Assembly: GCA_028868305.1 (NCBI GenBank)
Contig: JAGWUS010000005.1
Location: 21,098-85,097, forward strand
Direction of reading: 5' to 3'
Source: Burkholderiales bacterium
Lineage (GTDB): Bacteria; Pseudomonadota; Gammaproteobacteria; Burkholderiales; Burkholderiaceae_C
Length of the DNA: 64,000 nucleotides
The translations under genes and the position numbers were made by a program. The notes under the pieces were generated by a model. That model ran no database searches, had not been told where the DNA came from, and saw only the letters and a list, made by a program, of their open reading frames with translations. Below are positions 1 through 14,039 of the stretch, one piece after another (positions within the stretch are counted from its first letter, which is position 1; each line of letters opens with the position of its first letter).

Positions 1-2422
<2,422 letters not shown>

Positions 2423-2476
2423 GGGAATATGGGAAGCTGTTAAAAGCGCAATTTTACCGGGCTTGGACCCGGTAAT

Positions 2477-2668
2477 TCAGGACGCGAGCCACCAAATCAG
2501 CAATAAGCCGCTGGAAATGCTGACCGCGGCGATAAAGCGGATTTGCCCATCGGTCAATTGCAGCAACTGTGCGAACATGCTGCGCCAGGCCGCAGGGGAT
2601 GCAAACGGAAAAAGGCCCTCGAAAATGAGTACGAGGGCCAGGGCCAGCCAGAAGGAATCGCTGTCCAA
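2477..2668 (-). CDS. DUF2065 / YjeT-like small membrane protein
   Basis: 63 aa with two hydrophobic helices (FWLALALVLIFEGLFPFASPAAW...). It resembles E. coli YjeT and occupies the same slot after hflC. Confidence 0.75.
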   Translation of the reverse strand: MDSDSFWLALALVLIFEGLFPFASPAAWRSMFAQLLQLTDGQIRFIAAVSISSGLLLIWWLAS

Positions 2669-2671
2669 GAC

Positions 2672-3574
2672 TTACTTTTTGCCCGTGCCAACCGCGGAAC
2701 CACCATTGCGGAACACCTTGAAAAACTCGGACGAAGCGGGGTCCAGCACCATCACATCGCTCTTGTTGGCGAAGCTGGCCTTGTAAGCTTCCAGGCTGCG
2801 GTAGAACTGGGCGAACTGAGCATCGCGCCCGAAAGCTTCCGCGTAAATACGCGCTGCTTCGGCATCGCCCTCGCCCTTGATTTTCTGCGCATCGCGGTAG
2901 GCGTTGGCAATGGTGATTTCACGCTGGCGATCTGCATCGGCGCGAATCTTTTCACCCTCGGCGGCACCGGTGGATCGGAGTTCATTGGCTACCCGCTTGC
3001 GCTCGGCTTCCATGCGGCGGTAGACCGATTCTGTAATAGCCTCGACATAGTCCACACGGGTGATACGTACGTCCACCACATCCACGCCCCAGGGTTTGGC
3101 ACCGCGCACCTTGTCAAGCACTTCCTTCTTGACATCCTCCATCAGTGCTTCGCGCTTGAGCGACAGCAGTTCCTTGACAGTGCGCTTGTTGATCTCTTCC
3201 TGGAACGCATTGCGCACCACGCGGTTGAGCTGACTGGCACCAGCACTCTCGTTGAGACCCACATTGCGGATGTATTCTGTCGGCTCGGTGATGCGCCAGC
3301 GCACATACCAGTCAATCACCACCCGCTGCTTCTCCGCCGTGAGCATGGGCTCAGCGTCCGAACTGTCCAGTGTCAGGAGACGCTTGTCGATGTACGAAAC
3401 GTTCTGAAAAGGCGGGGGCAACTTGAAGTTCAAGCCCGGCTCGGTAATCACTTCCTTGATCTGCCCCAGGGCATACACCACACCAAACTGACGCTGATCC
3501 ACCACAAAGAGGGTTGAGCTTGCCAGTGCAAGCAGCACCAGCAAGGACGAAACAATCAATCCAATTCTGTTCAT
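2672..3574 (-). CDS. hflC: FtsH protease modulator HflC (SPFH/band-7)
   Basis: 300 aa with an N-terminal TM helix followed by an SPFH domain. It lies directly downstream of hflK. Confidence 0.9.
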   Translation of the reverse strand: MNRIGLIVSSLLVLLALASSTLFVVDQRQFGVVYALGQIKEVITEPGLNFKLPPPFQNVSYIDKRLLTLDSSDAEPMLTAEKQRVVIDWYVRWRITEPTEYIRNVGLNESAGASQLNRVVRNAFQEEINKRTVKELLSLKREALMEDVKKEVLDKVRGAKPWGVDVVDVRITRVDYVEAITESVYRRMEAERKRVANELRSTGAAEGEKIRADADRQREITIANAYRDAQKIKGEGDAEAARIYAEAFGRDAQFAQFYRSLEAYKASFANKSDVMVLDPASSEFFKVFRNGGSAVGTGKK

Positions 3575-3583
3575 TCGTGGCTC

Positions 3584-4966
3584 CTAGCGTGAATCGCGTT
3601 CACGCGTACGTGCGGCATCGCGGCTGCGCGCATCGCTGTTCAAACTGGTCGCAGGGGCGGCTGGTGCAGTGCTAGTGACTGGCGCTACCATGGTCTCAGT
3701 CGTTGCACTGGCGCCGCCTCCCATCTGTAGGATTTTTTCCAGCGGGAGGTACAGCAGATTGGACCCCTGACGGGACTCCACCAGCACCTTGGTCACGTTG
3801 CCATAAATCTGCTGCATGGTGTCGAGGTACATGCGGTCACGAGTGACCTGAGGTGCTTTCTGGTATTCGGTATAGACCGATCGGAAACGCTGCGCATCAC
3901 CCTGGGCCTGAGCAATCACCCGCGCCTTGTAAGCGTCAGCTTCTTCTTTCAGTCGCGACGCAGAACCCACGGCACGGGGAATTACGTCATTGGCATAAGC
4001 TTGCGCTTCGTTCTTGGTTCGCTCGCGCTCCTGTCCAGCCTTGAGCACATCGTCAAATGAGGCTTGCACCTGCTCTGGTGGACGAACTCCTCCCTGCTGA
4101 AGGTTGATGGCCACGACTTCCACGCCTACTTTGTAGCGATCCAGGATACTTTGCATTAGGGCACGCACACGGGTTGCAATCTGGTCACGCTCTTCAGACA
4201 ATGCAGCATCCATTTTCATCTTGCCCAGAACCTCCCGCACGGCGGTCTCGGCGGCTTGAACAACAGCTTCGGATGGGTTTTTGCTTTCGAAGAGAAATGC
4301 CCGCGCATCACTCAGGCGGTATTGCACTGCGAACTTGATATCCAGGATGTTTTCGTCCTCGGTCAGCATCGCGGATTCCTTCAGGCCTGTGGCCTTGAGC
4401 ACGGTATCGCGCCCAACGTCAACCGATCGGATTTGCGTAACAAAAACCAATTCATGACGTTGAATCGGATAAGGCAGCCGCCAGTTAAATCCAGCGTTGA
4501 CGGTGGACTTGTACTTGCCGAACTGGGTAATAACTGCCTGCTGGCCTTCCTGAACGATGAAAAATCCCGTTCCCAGCCAGATCAGCGCCGCGACCGCCAC
4601 AATGAGGCCAACCCCTACGCCAGCACTTTTCATGTCAGGCTGGAATCCGCCCGAACTGCTACCGCCCTGTCCGTTGCCACGCGGAGGTTGCGCGCCACCA
4701 AACAGGCCACCGAGCTTACGGTTGAAATCGCGCCACAACTCATCCAGGTCAGGCGGGCCCGCATTGACCCCAGGCTTGCGCCCCCCCTGCGGACGGCTCT
4801 CAGGCTGAGGTTTCGCTGATTCACTGTCCGGCGCTGCGCCTTCCGGTTGCGATGCATCCGAGGGTTTTTCCTCACCGCGCCCCCACCGGGAATCATTCAG
4901 GCTGAAAACGCCCAACAGCCGCTCCAGCCAAGCCGGTCGACCACCTGCATAAATGCGATATTTCAT
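3584..4966 (-). CDS. hflK: FtsH protease modulator HflK (SPFH/band-7)
   Basis: Gly/Pro-rich N-terminal region, then PPDLDELWRDFNRKL, a TM helix and an SPFH domain. I chose the ATG at 4964-4966 (MKYRIY...). The in-frame ATGs at 4981 and 5005 remain possible starts. Confidence 0.88.
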   Translation of the reverse strand: MKYRIYAGGRPAWLERLLGVFSLNDSRWGRGEEKPSDASQPEGAAPDSESAKPQPESRPQGGRKPGVNAGPPDLDELWRDFNRKLGGLFGGAQPPRGNGQGGSSSGGFQPDMKSAGVGVGLIVAVAALIWLGTGFFIVQEGQQAVITQFGKYKSTVNAGFNWRLPYPIQRHELVFVTQIRSVDVGRDTVLKATGLKESAMLTEDENILDIKFAVQYRLSDARAFLFESKNPSEAVVQAAETAVREVLGKMKMDAALSEERDQIATRVRALMQSILDRYKVGVEVVAINLQQGGVRPPEQVQASFDDVLKAGQERERTKNEAQAYANDVIPRAVGSASRLKEEADAYKARVIAQAQGDAQRFRSVYTEYQKAPQVTRDRMYLDTMQQIYGNVTKVLVESRQGSNLLYLPLEKILQMGGGASATTETMVAPVTSTAPAAPATSLNSDARSRDAARTRERDSR

Positions 4967-5005
4967 AGCGTTATTTCTCATTCTGTTTAGGCTAATTGTG
5001 CACAA

Positions 5006-6178
5006 TTAGGCACTGGCCCCAGAATTGTCAGGGGAATCGCGCCCTGCGGCCTGCGGATCGCTATTGGCACTGACGATTTCTGCGAGCCGCTGGCGCAAAA
5101 GTGGCAGCCCTTCCATGGTGTAGGCGCTGACAAATACACGCGGAGTCTGGACCCCATCAATCTCGAACTCGTCAGACATGCGCATCGGCCGTCGATCCGG
5201 TTCCAAGGCATCGATCTTGTTGAAGACCAGAAGTTGGGGGATGTCAGCAGCACCAATCTCGCGCAGTACGCGCTGAACGTGCTCGATCTGTTCCACAAAC
5301 TCAAGATTGGACGCATCGACCACATGCAGCAGCAAATCAGCATCAACAGCTTCTTGCAAGGTAGCCCGAAAGGCATCGACCAAGCCGTGCGGAAGATCAC
5401 GGATAAACCCCACCGTGTCAGACAGCGAAACCGACCGTCCGGCTTCGCCAAGGTACAACTGCCGGGTCGTAGTGTCCAGCGTGGCAAACAACTGGTCCGC
5501 TGCGTATGCACGCGCCTTGACCAGTGCGTTGAATAAAGTTGACTTACCGGCGTTGGTATAGCCAATCAGGGAAATGTTGAATGCATCTCGGCGTTCCCGC
5601 TGCCGCCGTTGCGTCTGTCGCTGCCGCTCGACCTTGGCCAGCCGTTCTTTGGTACGTTTGATCGTCTCGCTAATCATCCGGCGATCTAACTCGATCTGCT
5701 TCTCACCAGGGCCTCCACGCACTCCGGCACCGCCGGTCTGGCGCTCCAGGTGCGACCACCGACGAACAAGGCGGGTGCTGAGATATTGAAGTCGTGCCAG
5801 TTCCACCTGCAACTTGCCCTCATGGCTGCGGGCACGCTGGGCGAAAATTTCGAGAATCAGGTAGGTACGATCGTTGACAGGCAACTCGAGGTGGCGCTCC
5901 AGATTGCGCTGTTGTCCTGGACTTAAGGATTGGTCAAACAGCACCTCTGTCGCACCTGTCTGTTGCGCCAACAACTTGATTTCATCCGCTTTGCCGGAAC
6001 CGACGAAGAGCGCGGCATCAGGTGCCTTGCGCTTGCAAGTCACCCGCGCAACGGGTGTCATACCTGCGGTCTGGGCCAGCAACCCCAACTCTTCCAGTTC
6101 ACCATCGAAATTAGGCAACCCAAAATCTACCCCAACCAGTAGGGTTGGGGCGTCAGGTAGTTTGGATGGTGCGGTCAA
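5006..6178 (-). CDS. hflX: GTPase HflX
   Basis: 390 aa with G1 motif GYTNAGKST and G3 DTVGF. It sits in the hfq-hflX-hflK-hflC order. Confidence 0.9.
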   Translation of the reverse strand: MTAPSKLPDAPTLLVGVDFGLPNFDGELEELGLLAQTAGMTPVARVTCKRKAPDAALFVGSGKADEIKLLAQQTGATEVLFDQSLSPGQQRNLERHLELPVNDRTYLILEIFAQRARSHEGKLQVELARLQYLSTRLVRRWSHLERQTGGAGVRGGPGEKQIELDRRMISETIKRTKERLAKVERQRQTQRRQRERRDAFNISLIGYTNAGKSTLFNALVKARAYAADQLFATLDTTTRQLYLGEAGRSVSLSDTVGFIRDLPHGLVDAFRATLQEAVDADLLLHVVDASNLEFVEQIEHVQRVLREIGAADIPQLLVFNKIDALEPDRRPMRMSDEFEIDGVQTPRVFVSAYTMEGLPLLRQRLAEIVSANSDPQAAGRDSPDNSGASA

Positions 6179-6189
6179 GTCGTGGAAAA

Positions 6190-6204
6190 GAAAACCAGGT
6201 TTTC
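6190..6204 (-). other. short palindrome/hairpin between hfq and hflX (possible attenuator)
   Basis: GAAAACCAGGTTTTC lies 30 nt after the hfq stop. On the transcribed strand a T-rich run follows the stem. The stem is weak and short. Confidence 0.2.
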
Positions 6205-6233
6205 AAAGAAAGGGCTGCTAAAGCGGCCGAGGC

Positions 6234-6482
6234 TCAAGCTGCGGGCGACTCTTCGGTACCGTTGACGGCGAAATTGACCGCGCGTCCGGGAACAATGGTG
6301 GAAATGGCGTGCTTGTATACCATTTGGGTTACTGTATTGCGCAGTAACACCACGTATTGGTCGAAGGATTCAATCTGACCCTGCAATTTGATGCCGTTCA
6401 CCAGGTAAATGGAGACGGGGACGTGTTCCTTGCGTAATGCATTGAGGAACGGGTCTTGCAGTAACTGCCCTTTGTTGTTCAC
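6234..6482 (-). CDS. hfq: RNA chaperone Hfq
   Basis: Contains [45 protein letters not shown], the Sm1/Sm2 core. I moved the start to the GTG at 6480-6482, which is preceded by GGAGA with a 5-nt spacer. The track's upstream ATG at 6527 would add 15 non-conserved residues. Confidence 0.95.
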   Translation of the reverse strand: MNNKGQLLQDPFLNALRKEHVPVSIYLVNGIKLQGQIESFDQYVVLLRNTVTQMVYKHAISTIVPGRAVNFAVNGTEESPAA

Positions 6483-6539
6483 GATATTCTCCGTGTTCAG
6501 GAATTGAAGAAGAGTTGACGATACCACACCCGGCCGGCG

Positions 6540-7883
6540 TCAATCGTCGTCCTTGCCCGAGAAAGGGTTTTCGGACGTTTTCATTTGAATTCGCAAGGGT
6601 GTGCCTACGAGGTCAAATTCTTTGCGGAAACGCCCCTCCAGAAACCGTTTGTAGGCTTCGGTGACGTGCTCCAGGGAATTTCCGTGCACAACAATGATGG
6701 GAGGATTCATGCCACCCTGGTGCGCATAACGCATTTTGGGTCGGTACATACCTGTCTTCTTGGGTGTCTGGAACTGCACCGCCTCCAGCAGCAACCGCGT
6801 CAGCACCGGCGTTGACATCTTGCAGTTGGCAGCACGATGAGCCTGCGCAATCGAATCCCACAAGGGTCCAAGCCCCTGTCGCTTCTTGGCCGAGATCCAG
6901 TGCACATTGGCAAACTTCAGAAACCCCAGACGGGTTTCCATGGAACGCTTAACCAACTCACGCTGGTACTCGTCGACGGCATCCCACTTATTCACTGCAA
7001 TCACTACCGCCCGTCCGGACTCAAGGATGTAGCCCGCAATATGTGCGTCCTGGTCGGTCACTCCTTGCGTAGCATCAATCAGAAGCAGCACCACACTGGC
7101 GGACTCGATGGCCTGCAAAGTTTTGACTACCGAGAATTTCTCTATGGCTTCAAATACCTGGCCCCTGCGACGCAAGCCGGCAGTATCGACCAGTTCAAAG
7201 CTCTGGCCATTGCGCTCAAACGGCACAGAAATAGCGTCACGGGTGGTGCCCGGCATATCAAAAGCTACCAACCGCTCTTCGCCGAGCCACGTGTTTATCA
7301 GCGTTGATTTGCCCACATTCGGCCGTCCGGCAACGGCCAGCTTGATGACCGAGGGATCCTGCTCTGACGTTTCATCCTCCGGATCAGGGAGATTCAGCGG
7401 ATCCAGTGCCACTTCCACCACGGAACGTATCCCCTGTCCGTGTGCGGCCGAAACGGGAAAAACCTCGCCAAACCCCAATTCGAAAAATTCCCCCAACTGG
7501 ACACCTTGTGTCATGCCCTCGGCCTTGTTGGCCACGAGCACACAGGGTTTGGCCAGCCGACGGAGGTAATTGGCAATTTCATGGTCCTGCGCAGAAACAC
7601 CGGCACGCGCATCGACTACAAACACCACCACATCGGCCTCGGCAACTGCCTGACGCGTTTGCTTAGCCATTTCCTTGAAGATGCCACTAGTCGCATCGGG
7701 TTCAAAGCCCCCCGTGTCGATAACAATGTACTCGTACTTGCCCTGTTTCCCATGACCATAGTGGCGGTCTCGGGTAAGACCGGCAAAATCCGCAACGATG
7801 GCATCACGGCTTTTAGTCAGGCGATTAAACAGGGTCGACTTGCCGACATTGGGCCGGCCCACCAGCGCGATAACAGGTTTCAT
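6540..7883 (-). CDS. der: ribosome-associated GTPase Der/EngA (tandem G domains)
   Basis: Two P-loops ([12 protein letters not shown] and [12 protein letters not shown]) plus a KH-like C-terminus; 447 aa. Confidence 0.95.
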   Translation of the reverse strand: MKPVIALVGRPNVGKSTLFNRLTKSRDAIVADFAGLTRDRHYGHGKQGKYEYIVIDTGGFEPDATSGIFKEMAKQTRQAVAEADVVVFVVDARAGVSAQDHEIANYLRRLAKPCVLVANKAEGMTQGVQLGEFFELGFGEVFPVSAAHGQGIRSVVEVALDPLNLPDPEDETSEQDPSVIKLAVAGRPNVGKSTLINTWLGEERLVAFDMPGTTRDAISVPFERNGQSFELVDTAGLRRRGQVFEAIEKFSVVKTLQAIESASVVLLLIDATQGVTDQDAHIAGYILESGRAVVIAVNKWDAVDEYQRELVKRSMETRLGFLKFANVHWISAKKRQGLGPLWDSIAQAHRAANCKMSTPVLTRLLLEAVQFQTPKKTGMYRPKMRYAHQGGMNPPIIVVHGNSLEHVTEAYKRFLEGRFRKEFDLVGTPLRIQMKTSENPFSGKDDD

Positions 7884-7900
7884 GGGTGAATATTCCGGAA

Positions 7901-9043
7901 TTACTCAGGCCGGAATCCAAACACGCCACCGCGCCGCGTTACAACAATCAGCGTCTTTCCCGACAGGACCGGTGCCCCCACAATAGCGGAGCCGTCGGTA
8001 GCAAGGCGATTCAAGGGCGCACCATCTTCCCGGGACAGGAAATGCACTAAGCCGGCATCATCACCAACGACGATGGATCGGCCGAGCAGCATGGGTGTTG
8101 ATAGTCCCCGAAATCTGAGTCGTTCAGACACCCACAAACGTTCCCCATCCGACCGCCGCCATGCAATTAATTTGCTGTCGCTTTCCGTGCCGACCAGTAA
8201 AGTGTCATCCCCGTGCAGGCCCGTGCTGCCGTTGGCAGGCTTGCTCCAGAGCAGACTGGCCCGTGCGGTATTGATACATGCGACCACCGATTGAAAAGCA
8301 CGCATGCAGGAGACATCCCCAACGCGACTCACTCCCGAAACAAGGTCCACCAGCCTCTCAACTTCATTGGTACCACGGCTGTTGGCAACAGAAACGTCCC
8401 ACCGAACAGTACCGTTCAAAGGATTCAATCCAACCAGTCGACCTCCGAGTCCAACCACCAGCGTATCCCCGACCGCATAAAGAACACCAGATTGCCCCAG
8501 TACCAGAGGATCACCCGTTCTTTGCTGCTGCCACAGCTTACGTCCAGACGCTACATCGAAAGCGGAAATAGAGCGGTCACCAGACAGGGTAAAGACACGC
8601 GCTCCGGCCACCAGTGGTGCCGTCAGCGTGACCGCACTGAGGCGCTGACGCCACAATTCCTTGCCATTTTCCAGGACAACCAATTCATTTTCACGCGTTA
8701 CAACGCTGGTGTAACGGCCATCCGAGCCAACACCCGCAGCAATGGGGGTGTTTAACGTGGTACGCCACATGTCACCACCGGTACGTGCGTCAATCGCAGC
8801 AAGTAGTCCAGTAGAGTCTGCAACCACCACCTGGTTGCCCACCACATGTATATTCAATGGGAACCCGACTGGACCCACCTTGCTCACCCATGCCTGACGT
8901 ACACCAACCAGCGCAGTGTTAGGCCCCAGTTCGGCGGGCTTAGCCTTCTCTGTTCCCGCACAGCCTGCCAGCAGTATCCCGGCCATGATCAGCATGGTAC
9001 CGAACCAACGCGAGTATCGAGAGGAAGAATTAAGTCCGCTCAC
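7901..9043 (-). CDS. bamB: outer membrane protein assembly factor BamB (beta-propeller lipoprotein)
   Basis: Lipobox LLAGC in the signal peptide and repeated PQQ-like propeller blades. The yfgM-bamB-der synteny is present. Confidence 0.85.
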   Translation of the reverse strand: MSGLNSSSRYSRWFGTMLIMAGILLAGCAGTEKAKPAELGPNTALVGVRQAWVSKVGPVGFPLNIHVVGNQVVVADSTGLLAAIDARTGGDMWRTTLNTPIAAGVGSDGRYTSVVTRENELVVLENGKELWRQRLSAVTLTAPLVAGARVFTLSGDRSISAFDVASGRKLWQQQRTGDPLVLGQSGVLYAVGDTLVVGLGGRLVGLNPLNGTVRWDVSVANSRGTNEVERLVDLVSGVSRVGDVSCMRAFQSVVACINTARASLLWSKPANGSTGLHGDDTLLVGTESDSKLIAWRRSDGERLWVSERLRFRGLSTPMLLGRSIVVGDDAGLVHFLSREDGAPLNRLATDGSAIVGAPVLSGKTLIVVTRRGGVFGFRPE

Positions 9044-9708
9044 TTCGTCGCATCTCCAGCCTGACCGCCCAGCGCATTGAGCTTAACCTCAACCAGGCGA
9101 CGGTAGTCAGATCGCTCCTCAAAAGCCTTATAAGCTTTGGCAAATTCTGCCCTTGCTTCTGTCTTCTTTCCCTGTGCCAAGAAGATGTCTCCACGAAGAT
9201 CCGCCTGAAGCGCTAGGAAGCTTTCTCCGATACCGGAATCAAGCACTTTCAGGGCTTCGTCATACGCCTTGGCATCCATCAGAATGGCTGCGAGACGCAG
9301 TCGGGCGATGGAGGCATAGCCCTTGTCAGAGGACTTCTCAGCCGCCCAGTTTAACGCCGCCTTGGCGCTTTCAATCTGCCCGGCTTTATATTGGGACTTC
9401 GCGACAAGCAATGCCGCCTGCTGGGCATACGTTGTGGAGGCGAAGCGATCTTTCATGTCACCAAACGCACGCTCCAGCTTGGCCGAATCGCCGCTGCGGG
9501 CAACTTTTTCGACTTCGTCATACATTGCAGCTGCCTGCGCTGCCTGCGTACGTTGCCAGTACTGGAATCCATTCCAGGCAGCAATTGCACCCAGCACGGC
9601 AATCAGACACCAAGTGATGGCATTGCCATACTGTTTCCAGAAATGCTTGAGTTCGTCGAGCTGCTCTTGTTCTTCGAGGTCTAAATGATTTGCCATGGCA
9701 CTATTCAA
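9040..9708 (-). CDS. YfgM-like TPR membrane protein
   Basis: 222 aa with an N-terminal EEQEQLDELKHFWKQYGN segment, one TM helix and TPR-like repeats. It overlaps bamB by 4 nt and abuts the hisS stop. Confidence 0.7.
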   Translation of the reverse strand: MNSAMANHLDLEEQEQLDELKHFWKQYGNAITWCLIAVLGAIAAWNGFQYWQRTQAAQAAAMYDEVEKVARSGDSAKLERAFGDMKDRFASTTYAQQAALLVAKSQYKAGQIESAKAALNWAAEKSSDKGYASIARLRLAAILMDAKAYDEALKVLDSGIGESFLALQADLRGDIFLAQGKKTEARAEFAKAYKAFEERSDYRRLVEVKLNALGGQAGDATK

Positions 9709-11022
9709 TTAAGCGTTGGATTGTAGGCTCTCGGCCCATTGCGCAGCGTTGTCGAGGATTTGGGTGACTTGTGCAACTCCGCCTTCCCGCAGTGCTTTGA
9801 CAGTGACAATGCCGTGGCGTATCTCTTCATCGCCAAAAATCAGGGCATACCGGGCCCCGGAGCCATCTGCTTTTTTGAATTGGGCTTTCATGCTGGCCAT
9901 ACCATCAGGACCACTGGCATGCATCAAAACGCGAACACCAGCACCCCGGAGCTGTTGAATACAGGCCATCGCCTTGGGCAGGGCAGCCACATCTGGAATC
10001 ACAGCGTAGGCATCCAACACTGAACCGCCCGACGCTACCCCCTGCTCCTTGAGCAACTCCAGAACCCGTTCCACACCCAAGGCCCAACCGACAGCGGGCG
10101 CGGGCTTTCCGCCGATTTGCTCGTTCAGATAATCGTATCTGCCACCAGCACAAATTGTCCCCTGAGAGCCAAGGCTGGTCGTAACGAATTCAAACACCGT
10201 GAGGTTGTAGTAGTCCATACCACGAACCAGGCGGGGGTTGATGCTGTACGCCACCCCATTGGCATCCAGAATGGACGTAACAGTCTCCAAGTGGGCACGC
10301 GAGATATCCCCCAGAAAATCAAGTAACCTCGGCGCGGCTTCTATGACCTCCTGCATGGCCGGATTCTTGCTGTCTAGCAAACGCAGTGGATTGAGATGCA
10401 TACGCCGTTTGGCTTCATCGTCAAGGACATCGATATTGCGCTCAAAATGCGCGATCAATGCTTGCCGGTGCTGATTGCGCTCCTTGGGCTGCCCCAAACT
10501 GTTGATTTGGAGCGCAACTTCGGAAAGTCCAATGTCTTTCCATAAAGCGCAGGCCATCAGGATCAACTCAGCATCGACTTCGCCTCCCGAAAAACCCAGT
10601 GCCTCCGCCCCAACCTGATGGAACTGCCGGTAACGGCCACGCTGTGGACGTTCGTGCCGGAACATCGGCCCCATGTAGTAAAGCCGTTTGCCTCCGTTGT
10701 AGAGCAGCGAGTGCTCTACGACCGCACGAACAACCCCCGCAGTACTCTCTGGACGCAACGTCAATTGCTCGCCGTTGAGTCGATCTTCAAAGGAGTACAT
10801 CTCCTTCTCAACAATGTCGGTCACTTCCCCGAGGCTGCGCATAAATAGCGCTGTCGGTTCCACTATGGGCGTGCGAATATTTTCATAGGCAAAACGCTGC
10901 ATGAGCAAGCGCACTTTCCCCTCAAATTGCTCCCACCGGGAAGAATCCGGGGGCAGTATGTCATTCATGCCCTTGACCGCAGAAAGCCTCTCCACTCTGC
11001 GCGATGCAATTTTCTCAACCAT
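9709..11022 (-). CDS. hisS: histidine--tRNA ligase
   Basis: 437 aa with class II motifs, including GMNDILP near the N-terminus, [16 protein letters not shown] and GGRYD. Confidence 0.95.
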   Translation of the reverse strand: MVEKIASRRVERLSAVKGMNDILPPDSSRWEQFEGKVRLLMQRFAYENIRTPIVEPTALFMRSLGEVTDIVEKEMYSFEDRLNGEQLTLRPESTAGVVRAVVEHSLLYNGGKRLYYMGPMFRHERPQRGRYRQFHQVGAEALGFSGGEVDAELILMACALWKDIGLSEVALQINSLGQPKERNQHRQALIAHFERNIDVLDDEAKRRMHLNPLRLLDSKNPAMQEVIEAAPRLLDFLGDISRAHLETVTSILDANGVAYSINPRLVRGMDYYNLTVFEFVTTSLGSQGTICAGGRYDYLNEQIGGKPAPAVGWALGVERVLELLKEQGVASGGSVLDAYAVIPDVAALPKAMACIQQLRGAGVRVLMHASGPDGMASMKAQFKKADGSGARYALIFGDEEIRHGIVTVKALREGGVAQVTQILDNAAQWAESLQSNA

Positions 11023-11030
11023 GCAATGTC

Positions 11031-12305
11031 TTATCCAGAAATTGGAGCAGCGCCTTGCCCAAAGCGCTGCTGAATGTAGTGCTCAACTACGGACTGAAAA
11101 TCCGCTGCGATGGAGTCTCCACGCAGCGTCATTCGTTTTTCACCGTCAATGAAAACTGGTGCAGCAGGTGCCTCTCCAGTCCCGGGAAGACTGATGCCGA
11201 TATCAGCGTGCTTGCTCTCACCAGGACCATTGACGATGCACCCCATAACTGCCACTTTGAGGTTCTCCACACCCGGATAGCTTTTTCTCCAGACAGGCAT
11301 TTGGGCTCGCAGAAAATCGTCGATCTGTTTGGTAAGTTCCTGAAATGTGGTGCTGGTAGTTCGCCCACAGCCCGGACAGGCCGTTACGCTAGGAACAAAG
11401 GTCCGCAATCCAAGAGCCTGCAAAATCTCGGAGGCAATCACCACCTCCTGCGAACGCGCCTCACCAGGGGCGGGGGTCAGAGATACGCGAATGGTGTCAC
11501 CGATGCCTTCCTGCAGCAAGACGGCAAGCGCAGCAGTCGAGGCAACAGTTCCCTTGGTACCCATGCCAGCTTCGGTAAGGCCAAGGTGCAAGGGATACTC
11601 ACAACGTTGCGCCAGTTCCCTGTAAACAGCGATTAGATCCCGTACGCCACTGACTTTGCAAGACAGCATAACCTGCGCGGGATTCATCCCCATTTCCACA
11701 GCACGCTGTGCAGATCCAACAGCGGACTCAATGAGTGCCTCATACATGACGGGCTTGGCATCCCAAGGTTCTGGACGTCGGCTGTTTTGATCCATCATCA
11801 CCGCCAGCAGTTCCTGGTCCAGACTGCCCCAGTTCACACCGATGCGAACTGGCTTGTTCCAGCGCATTGCGATTTCGATCATTTGCCCAAACTGACGATC
11901 CCGCTTGTCCCCCTTACCGACGTTACCGGGATTAATACGGTACTTGGAAAGCGCCTGTGCGCAGTCCGGAAAATCCGACAACAATTTATGCCCGTTGTAA
12001 TGAAAGTCTCCAATCAAAGGGACATCTACGCCCATACGGTCAAGTTGGTCCCGCAGATAGGGAACAGCTTGCGCAGCCTCCGGGGTATTAACTGTAATTC
12101 GCACCAATTCAGACCCAGCCTGCGCCAGCTCCTTCACTTGAATTGCTGTACCCACCGCATCGGCAGTGTCCGTATTGGTCATGGATTGAACACGTACGGG
12201 CGCCCCCCCGCCAACGGTAACAATTCGGGATCCCCAAGCCACGCTGGACTGCAAGGTCTTTCGTTGCACCGGCTGCGCCAACGCGATAGGTATATCAGAA
12301 CGCAC
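11031..12305 (-). CDS. ispG: 4-hydroxy-3-methylbut-2-en-1-yl diphosphate synthase
   Basis: 424 aa containing [20 protein letters not shown] and [11 protein letters not shown], the Fe-S cysteine motifs of IspG. Confidence 0.95.
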   Translation of the reverse strand: MRSDIPIALAQPVQRKTLQSSVAWGSRIVTVGGGAPVRVQSMTNTDTADAVGTAIQVKELAQAGSELVRITVNTPEAAQAVPYLRDQLDRMGVDVPLIGDFHYNGHKLLSDFPDCAQALSKYRINPGNVGKGDKRDRQFGQMIEIAMRWNKPVRIGVNWGSLDQELLAVMMDQNSRRPEPWDAKPVMYEALIESAVGSAQRAVEMGMNPAQVMLSCKVSGVRDLIAVYRELAQRCEYPLHLGLTEAGMGTKGTVASTAALAVLLQEGIGDTIRVSLTPAPGEARSQEVVIASEILQALGLRTFVPSVTACPGCGRTTSTTFQELTKQIDDFLRAQMPVWRKSYPGVENLKVAVMGCIVNGPGESKHADIGISLPGTGEAPAAPVFIDGEKRMTLRGDSIAADFQSVVEHYIQQRFGQGAAPISG

Positions 12306-13219
12306 TACTTCACCTCAAAACGCGCAACATTTTCTTTGGCAACCGCTTCCAGCGCGAACTGTTTTCCACGGACCTCAACCTCGGTCACATCAGCACGCCC
12401 GATCACCACAGATAAAGGTAGATCCCCGGACGCTGCCGCCTTCTCGCCAGACTGCAATGTCTTTCGCAACTGAACAACGCCTTTGGCGTCAGTCACCTCA
12501 ACCCATGAGCTGGCTCGAGCCCTGAACGTCACCAGCCCGCTTGCGGGACCCGCAATATCAGGGCCGTTGACGGACACATCTGATTTTCCAAGCACTGTCG
12601 GCTGGCTGGCGTCCGCCAAAGGCTGAGGCGCAGCTGCTACCCCGGCGAGTTGCGCGGCACCAGTCACTGCAACGGGTGTGCTAACCACGTTTCCCGCGCC
12701 GGTATCAAATGGGGCCACCACGGGTTCGCTCACCATTGGTCGACGTGGCGACACGATACGCCCAAGGCCGGATAGTGAATCCGGCATCCAAAGAAGGATT
12801 CCAGCGCCAAGAACGAGAACAAGAACGCCGATGACAGCAGGCTTGGTCAGAAATTCAGGCAAAGTAAAAGGCTTGGACTGATTTGGGACAGTAAACGGAG
12901 CGTTAACAGCCCGCTCTTGCCGATCCAGGCGCGGTATCGGAGAACGTGGCAGCTTTTCCAATATGAGTGCGGAATCAACCTTGAGTGCCCTGCAAACTCC
13001 AGATGCCAAAGCCCGCACAAAAACAGGGTCAGATAACTGGTCGAGGCGATCTGCTTCAAGCGCCTCCAATTTCTTGACGGGAACCTTCATGGCCACGGCC
13101 AGGGCGGCCACATGCAGGCCCTGAGCTTCACGCGCTGCACGCAGAAGATTACCAGCCGTGGTCGAGTGGCGATCCATGGGACTTAATGCCTCTGCCGCGT
13201 TGCTGTCGATATCACTCAT
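12305..13219 (-). CDS. rodZ: RodZ-like HTH/transmembrane cytoskeleton protein
   Basis: N-terminal XRE-type HTH ([31 protein letters not shown]), one TM helix and a C-terminal beta domain. It lies between pilF and ispG, as in Pseudomonas. Confidence 0.7.
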   Translation of the reverse strand: MSDIDSNAAEALSPMDRHSTTAGNLLRAAREAQGLHVAALAVAMKVPVKKLEALEADRLDQLSDPVFVRALASGVCRALKVDSALILEKLPRSPIPRLDRQERAVNAPFTVPNQSKPFTLPEFLTKPAVIGVLVLVLGAGILLWMPDSLSGLGRIVSPRRPMVSEPVVAPFDTGAGNVVSTPVAVTGAAQLAGVAAAPQPLADASQPTVLGKSDVSVNGPDIAGPASGLVTFRARASSWVEVTDAKGVVQLRKTLQSGEKAAASGDLPLSVVIGRADVTEVEVRGKQFALEAVAKENVARFEVK

Positions 13220-14039
13220 TGAACGCTCCCCTGTCCAGAGCCGAAACCTCTGGTGATTGGGGGAAGCGTTTCCTCAACTGCACAGCCAACTGGGCCATTG
13301 CCTCACGATTGTCAAGGCGACGCTCCACTTTGATACCTAACCAAAGCGACTCAGCATTGGCAAGATCACTGTTGTTGATGCGCCGAATATAGAACAGGGA
13401 ACGCACAAAATCTTCGCGCTGGTACAGCAACAATGCCAAGTTATATCCTGTCACGGGATTGGATGCGTCGAGTTCATAGGACTTCAGGAAACTGGCTTCG
13501 GCATCGCTGCGCTGTCCCAGACTCAATTGACAAGCCCCTTGTGCGGCCCAGGTATTGGCGCGGCGTCCATAACCCACCGTCTCCAGCGCGGCTCCAAACA
13601 TCCGAAACGCCTCCGGACCACGTCGCTGATCACACAAAAATACCCCGTAATTGTGCTTAACATCTGCAGATCCTGGATTGAGTGACAAGGCCTTCTGGAA
13701 GCTTGCATCAGCCAAAGCGGTGTCACCCAGACGGCGGTAAATAAGTCCGCGCATGTTGTAGGACTCAAACCAATTGGGGTCAGCGGCAATGGCCTGCTTG
13801 ACCTCATCCAGCGCAATCGTAGTCTTTCCATCTGAAAAGTAAAGCACAGCTAACCGTAGTCGATTGGTAGCACGCTTGCGACTCTCGGGTTCGTCCGAAT
13901 CGGTAAAAACATCCGGTGTGGTCGTAGCATCCGGCGCATTGGAGGCACATCCGGTCACAGCACCGGTCAGTGCAGCTGCACCAAACAACCAGACAAACAC
14001 GGTGAATGTCACCAGTAGCCCGTGCTTAAAATTACCCAT
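13212..14039 (-). CDS. pilF: type IV pilus biogenesis/stability TPR lipoprotein (PilF/PilW)
   Basis: TPR repeats and a lipobox (LTGAVTGC). I moved the start to the ATG at 14037-14039 (MGNFKHG...). The track's start is a TTG at 14078, lying 47 nt inside rlmN. Confidence 0.7.
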   Translation of the reverse strand: MGNFKHGLLVTFTVFVWLFGAAALTGAVTGCASNAPDATTTPDVFTDSDEPESRKRATNRLRLAVLYFSDGKTTIALDEVKQAIAADPNWFESYNMRGLIYRRLGDTALADASFQKALSLNPGSADVKHNYGVFLCDQRRGPEAFRMFGAALETVGYGRRANTWAAQGACQLSLGQRSDAEASFLKSYELDASNPVTGYNLALLLYQREDFVRSLFYIRRINNSDLANAESLWLGIKVERRLDNREAMAQLAVQLRKRFPQSPEVSALDRGAFNE